Position numbers and translations under genes: made by a program. From Promethearchaeota archaeon (lineage in GTDB: Archaea; Asgardarchaeota; Lokiarchaeia; Sigyniarchaeales; SOKP01): DNA of 42,936 nt. The stretch covers positions 1-42,936 of the forward strand of contig JBHLME010000023.1 of NCBI GenBank assembly GCA_048938445.1, given 5' to 3'. The notes under the pieces are model-generated. The model made no database searches and was not told the origin of the DNA. It was given only the letters and a program-made list of their open reading frames with translations. Of the stretch, positions 39,698 to 42,936 are shown one piece after another; positions within the stretch are counted from its first letter, which is position 1; each line of letters begins with the position of its first letter.

Positions 39698-40315
39698 TTA
39701 TTCTCCTAATTCTTTAATTTCAATAAATTTTTCCTTTGCACCAGATTTGGTTATCGTTAGAATATCAATTCCATTACCAGACATCGCATCTCGTTTAATA
39801 GCACTGCGAATAGTCTTTTCTACGAGTTTTTCTCCTTGAGCAACTGTCATATCCGGTTTATATTCTGCTTCTAAAATTCCAATTGATAATAACATGCCGG
39901 TTCCCGCTGTACCATAATCATCAGGAATGAGAGAACCAATTGCATCAAGGGTGTATAATTTTGGGCCATCCTTATCCACTCCTGCAATTACTAAATTAGT
40001 ATATAGAGGAAACATTTTTCTGGAATATAGATAATTTGAAACCATTTTACCCATGCTTTTAGTAGAAATTTTCGCTCCTGCATCGAGTTCATATAGATTT
40101 GCTTGAGCTCGTAGTATTTTTACTAACATTTGAAAATCTCCAATTAAGCCATAGGCGGCCAATCCAATATTCTCAGTTATCTTGAATACTTTTTTAGTAG
40201 TTTTACTCGTAACTGTATACCCCCATGTTGCTCTATTATCATTACCAAGTACAACGCCATCTTTACATTTAATCGCAACACCACAAGCTCCTGGAACCAT
40301 TATTTCTTGAGACAT
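39698..40315 (-). CDS. psmB: Proteasome beta subunit lacking catalytic Thr1
   Basis: GACGVAIKCKDGVVLGNDNRAT, KKVFKI, GLIGDFQ, KRDAMSGNG. Confidence 0.92.
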   Translation of the reverse strand: MSQEIMVPGACGVAIKCKDGVVLGNDNRATWGYTVTSKTTKKVFKITENIGLAAYGLIGDFQMLVKILRAQANLYELDAGAKISTKSMGKMVSNYLYSRKMFPLYTNLVIAGVDKDGPKLYTLDAIGSLIPDDYGTAGTGMLLSIGILEAEYKPDMTVAQGEKLVEKTIRSAIKRDAMSGNGIDILTITKSGAKEKFIEIKELGE

Positions 40316-41068
40316 TTTTACATCTATTATGAGTTTGATTTGTATTCTTATTTGAACATTTATTAATACTATAAAATAATGAGAATTAATTAAAATTTTT
40401 CTTTCAAAATATAAATTTTAACTTCTTTATTAAAATTTCAATAATCATTTCTTAATAAAATGTTTAATATTTAATTTGGAACTTTGGATTAAAGTACTAA
40501 CTTACACATTACATTAAGCAAAAAGAAATAGATCTCAATTTATAATTTTTTTATTCAATAATGAGAAATTTCAAATTTGATATGAATTCATCTTAATATC
40601 AAGTAATTAATTTTAGAAGTGCTGTTAAATTAGCTATAATCACATAATTAAAATAAAGTTGCACTTGTAATTTCAATAATTACTAGTTAATAATGATCAC
40701 GAAAAATTTCTTAATTTATTAATAATGCACTAAATTTTTTGATTTAAAATTTTTTAAAATTCTACTCTATCCTAAAAAAATGGTGTCAAATCGCATATTT
40801 TCCAATTTATTGATCCCACCATCACATCTCAAAAATAAGTTATTCTTTATTTTTTTCATGATCACCACCTTAATGATTGCAGAAAAAGTGCAATTTACTT
40901 CATGTCAAAAAAATATTGTCGTAATTTTTTCAATAAACTTCTTCTATTTTACCACAACCCTACATAACATTTAAATATCTCTTCCGATATATAATAAACT
41001 AAGAACGTTATAAAATAAATTGAAAAAAAATAAAAAACTAACATTTTAATTATTTTCAATTAAAAAAT

Positions 41069-41073
41069 GGAGG
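41069..41073 (+). promoter_or_regulatory. Shine-Dalgarno site of the histone gene
   Basis: GGAGG 9 nt upstream of ATG at 41083. Confidence 0.7.
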
Positions 41074-41082
41074 AATAAAAAA

Positions 41083-41301
41083 ATGGCTAAAAAGAAACAT
41101 TCTTTTGCGTGGTCACCTATTAGGAGATTAATGAAACAACAAGGAGCAAGCATTGTCGCTCGAAATGCAGTTGATCTTTTAATTGATCATCTTGAAAAGA
41201 CCGCAACTGGCTTGACTGAACAAGCAAGAGCATTTACCATGCACGCAAACAGAAAGAAAATCACCAAGAATGACCTCTTACTTGCAATCAAATACAAGTA
41301 G
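41083..41301 (+). CDS. Archaeal histone
   Basis: PIRRLMK..GA, A...HANRKKI...DL.LA histone-fold pattern. Confidence 0.93.
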   Translation: MAKKKHSFAWSPIRRLMKQQGASIVARNAVDLLIDHLEKTATGLTEQARAFTMHANRKKITKNDLLLAIKYK

Positions 41302-41332
41302 GAAATATTGTCTAAGTTTAAAACAAAGTTAT

Positions 41333-41362
41333 CATTTTTTTTCTATTTTTATTCTCATTTTT
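41333..41362 (+). terminator. Putative oligo-T terminator after the histone gene
   Basis: T-rich tract (cattttttttctatttttattctcattttt) about 30 nt after the stop codon. Confidence 0.45.
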
Positions 41363-41533
41363 AAAAATCATCTAATTTATTTGATTCAAATGATTAAAAA
41401 ACACTTTATTCTTTACTAATTATATTTATATAAGTTCCAGAAAATAATAATAATATAAGATAAAATATCAACATGAACATTCCTTTATTATTAATTAATC
41501 GATTTCTTTAAATTAAACAAGAAATATTAAATA

Positions 41534-42142
41534 ATGTTTTGTCCAAAATGTGGAATAGGTAATTTAGATTCGGATATTAAGTTTTGTCCAAGTTGTGGTG
41601 CTCAAATTTTACCATTTCAAAACCAAGTACCCATTAGTCAATCAAGAATGACACAAACGTCAATACCACAACCTATTGGTACGACGCCAACCAAAATTGT
41701 TCCTATTTATCGAGGTCCATCTAAGATAGTAGGTTCACGCTCAAAACAGGCATTAGGTTTCTCACTTTCATCTCTTATTTTCTTAGTTATAGGGCTTATG
41801 ATAGGTGCTTTAATAGTACATGAATCAATTTTAGTCTTTAGACGTGCTTATTATGAAACACAGTTATATGGTTGGTCCAAATTTAAAGTTGATCCAATTA
41901 TGGGGATAATTGGCTTGATTCCCGCTGTCGGAATAAATATTTTAGGATTAGTTTTTGCTATCATTGCTCGAATTAATGCTTGTGTAGCTAAATCTGAAAT
42001 TGACAATACTTCTCGAAAAGCTGGGGCTGTTTTTAGCATTTTAGGTATTATTTTCAATATTATAGCATTAGTAGCAGGTCTTATCATGGGATCTATATTA
42101 TTAATCTATAATAGTTCAAATTTTCCTCCCTTGTATTTTTAA
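41534..42142 (+). CDS. Zinc-ribbon + 3-TM membrane protein
   Basis: MFCPKCG...FCPSCG, P/Q/T-rich linker, three TM helices. Confidence 0.85.
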   Translation: MFCPKCGIGNLDSDIKFCPSCGAQILPFQNQVPISQSRMTQTSIPQPIGTTPTKIVPIYRGPSKIVGSRSKQALGFSLSSLIFLVIGLMIGALIVHESILVFRRAYYETQLYGWSKFKVDPIMGIIGLIPAVGINILGLVFAIIARINACVAKSEIDNTSRKAGAVFSILGIIFNIIALVAGLIMGSILLIYNSSNFPPLYF

Positions 42143-42331
42143 AAACTATTTAATAATTTTTTTGAAACTCATTTCGAATTACAGCTATTTGAACGTACTT
42201 TATTTATTTAATATTATACATTTAAATAGGTTCTTGTAAAATATTATACCAAAAGATAAAAAAAATAATAATAAAATATTATTTATTATTAATTAATAGA
42301 GGTTTAAAAACAAAACAAAAGATGATAAAAA

Positions 42332-42936
42332 ATGTATTGTCCAAATTGTGGAGCACCAGATCTAGGACCGGATTCAAACTTTTGTCCTAATTGTGGGACT
42401 AAAATTCCAAATATTCAAACAGGTTATGGCACCAGTCCATCAAGTACATATCAAACATTAATACAAAAACCAATTAAGCAACAACTGACTCCAAGCATTT
42501 CTCTTTATCGGATAGAACCTACGATAATAGGTCCATACTCGAAAAGAGCTTTAGGATTCTCAATCGTATGTCTATGCTTCTTAATTGCTGGACTTATAGT
42601 AGGTGGAGCAACAATTAATGTCATTTCTGATGCCGTTAGACGTTATTCCTATCTATATCCTTCTTCTCCCTTTTACATTACTCCAGCTATAGGATTTGCG
42701 GGTTTAGTTCCTGCAGTTGCAATAAATGGTATAGGTTTAATTTTTGCTATTATTGCAAGAGTTTATGCCTCAAAAGCAAAATCTGAAATGGAAAATGCTG
42801 CTCGAAAAGTAGGGGGTGTTTTTAGTATTTTAGGGATTGTTTTTAATAGCATAGCTTTGGCAGCAGGTCTTATTATAGGTCCTTTAATCTTAATCAATGC
42901 TACGAGGTTATTTTCAACTTACCCATACATGTACTG
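42332..42936 (+). CDS. Zinc-ribbon + 3-TM membrane protein, tandem paralogue of 41534 (stop probably just beyond the window; not in the ORF track)
   Basis: Manual translation: MYCPNCGAPDLGPDSNFCPNCG...GPYSKRALGFS...GLVPAVAINGIGLIFAIIAR...RKVGGVFSILG...STYPYMY, followed by TG at the window end. Confidence 0.85.
   Translation, partial: MYCPNCGAPDLGPDSNFCPNCGTKIPNIQTGYGTSPSSTYQTLIQKPIKQQLTPSISLYRIEPTIIGPYSKRALGFSIVCLCFLIAGLIVGGATINVISDAVRRYSYLYPSSPFYITPAIGFAGLVPAVAINGIGLIFAIIARVYASKAKSEMENAARKVGGVFSILGIVFNSIALAAGLIIGPLILINATRLFSTYPYMY

Noticed and set aside
40780-40974. 64-aa intergenic ORF
   Set aside because: No SD, no motifs, and a composition typical of translated AT-rich non-coding DNA.
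8510-42087. Other short ORFs overlapping larger genes (e.g. 8510, 9513, 10600, 12039, 12238, 16951, 17988, 18630, 20835, 21731, 23630, 23797, 26396, 29161, 30025, 31145, 35664, 38396, 41851)
   Set aside because: They lie antisense or out of frame within well-supported genes and have no recognisable motifs.

Overview
Very AT-rich archaeal DNA, most consistent with an Asgard archaeon (Lokiarchaeia-like). The evidence is an archaeal histone, a proteasome beta subunit, a two-domain gelsolin, a longin-like domain, a RING finger and a DUF106/EMC3-like insertase. The left half (0.3-21 kb) is a mixed-orientation tailoring-enzyme cluster: 2 GT2, 2 SPASM/twitch radical SAM, 4 adjacent B12-binding radical SAM, an alpha/beta hydrolase, a membrane-anchored hexapeptide acyltransferase, a deacetylase and a sulfotransferase. 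It also holds a tandem array of four ~100-aa 3-TM paralogues and a heterodimeric ABC exporter. The right half mixes housekeeping genes (proB, proA, aminotransferase, LysE, psmB, histone) with eukaryote-like proteins. The most striking is a 1264-aa protein that appears to fuse a prenyltransferase-beta-like barrel, PCI-like winged helices, a long helical rod and a longin domain. Others are a coiled-coil RING protein directly downstream of a Thr1-less proteasome beta subunit, a gelsolin with a Zn ribbon, and a tail-anchored protein with 11-mer periodicity. Zn-ribbon membrane genes of one family sit at both window edges. I saw no rRNA, tRNA, CRISPR array or mobile element. All calls come from manual motif reading; no database searches were run.
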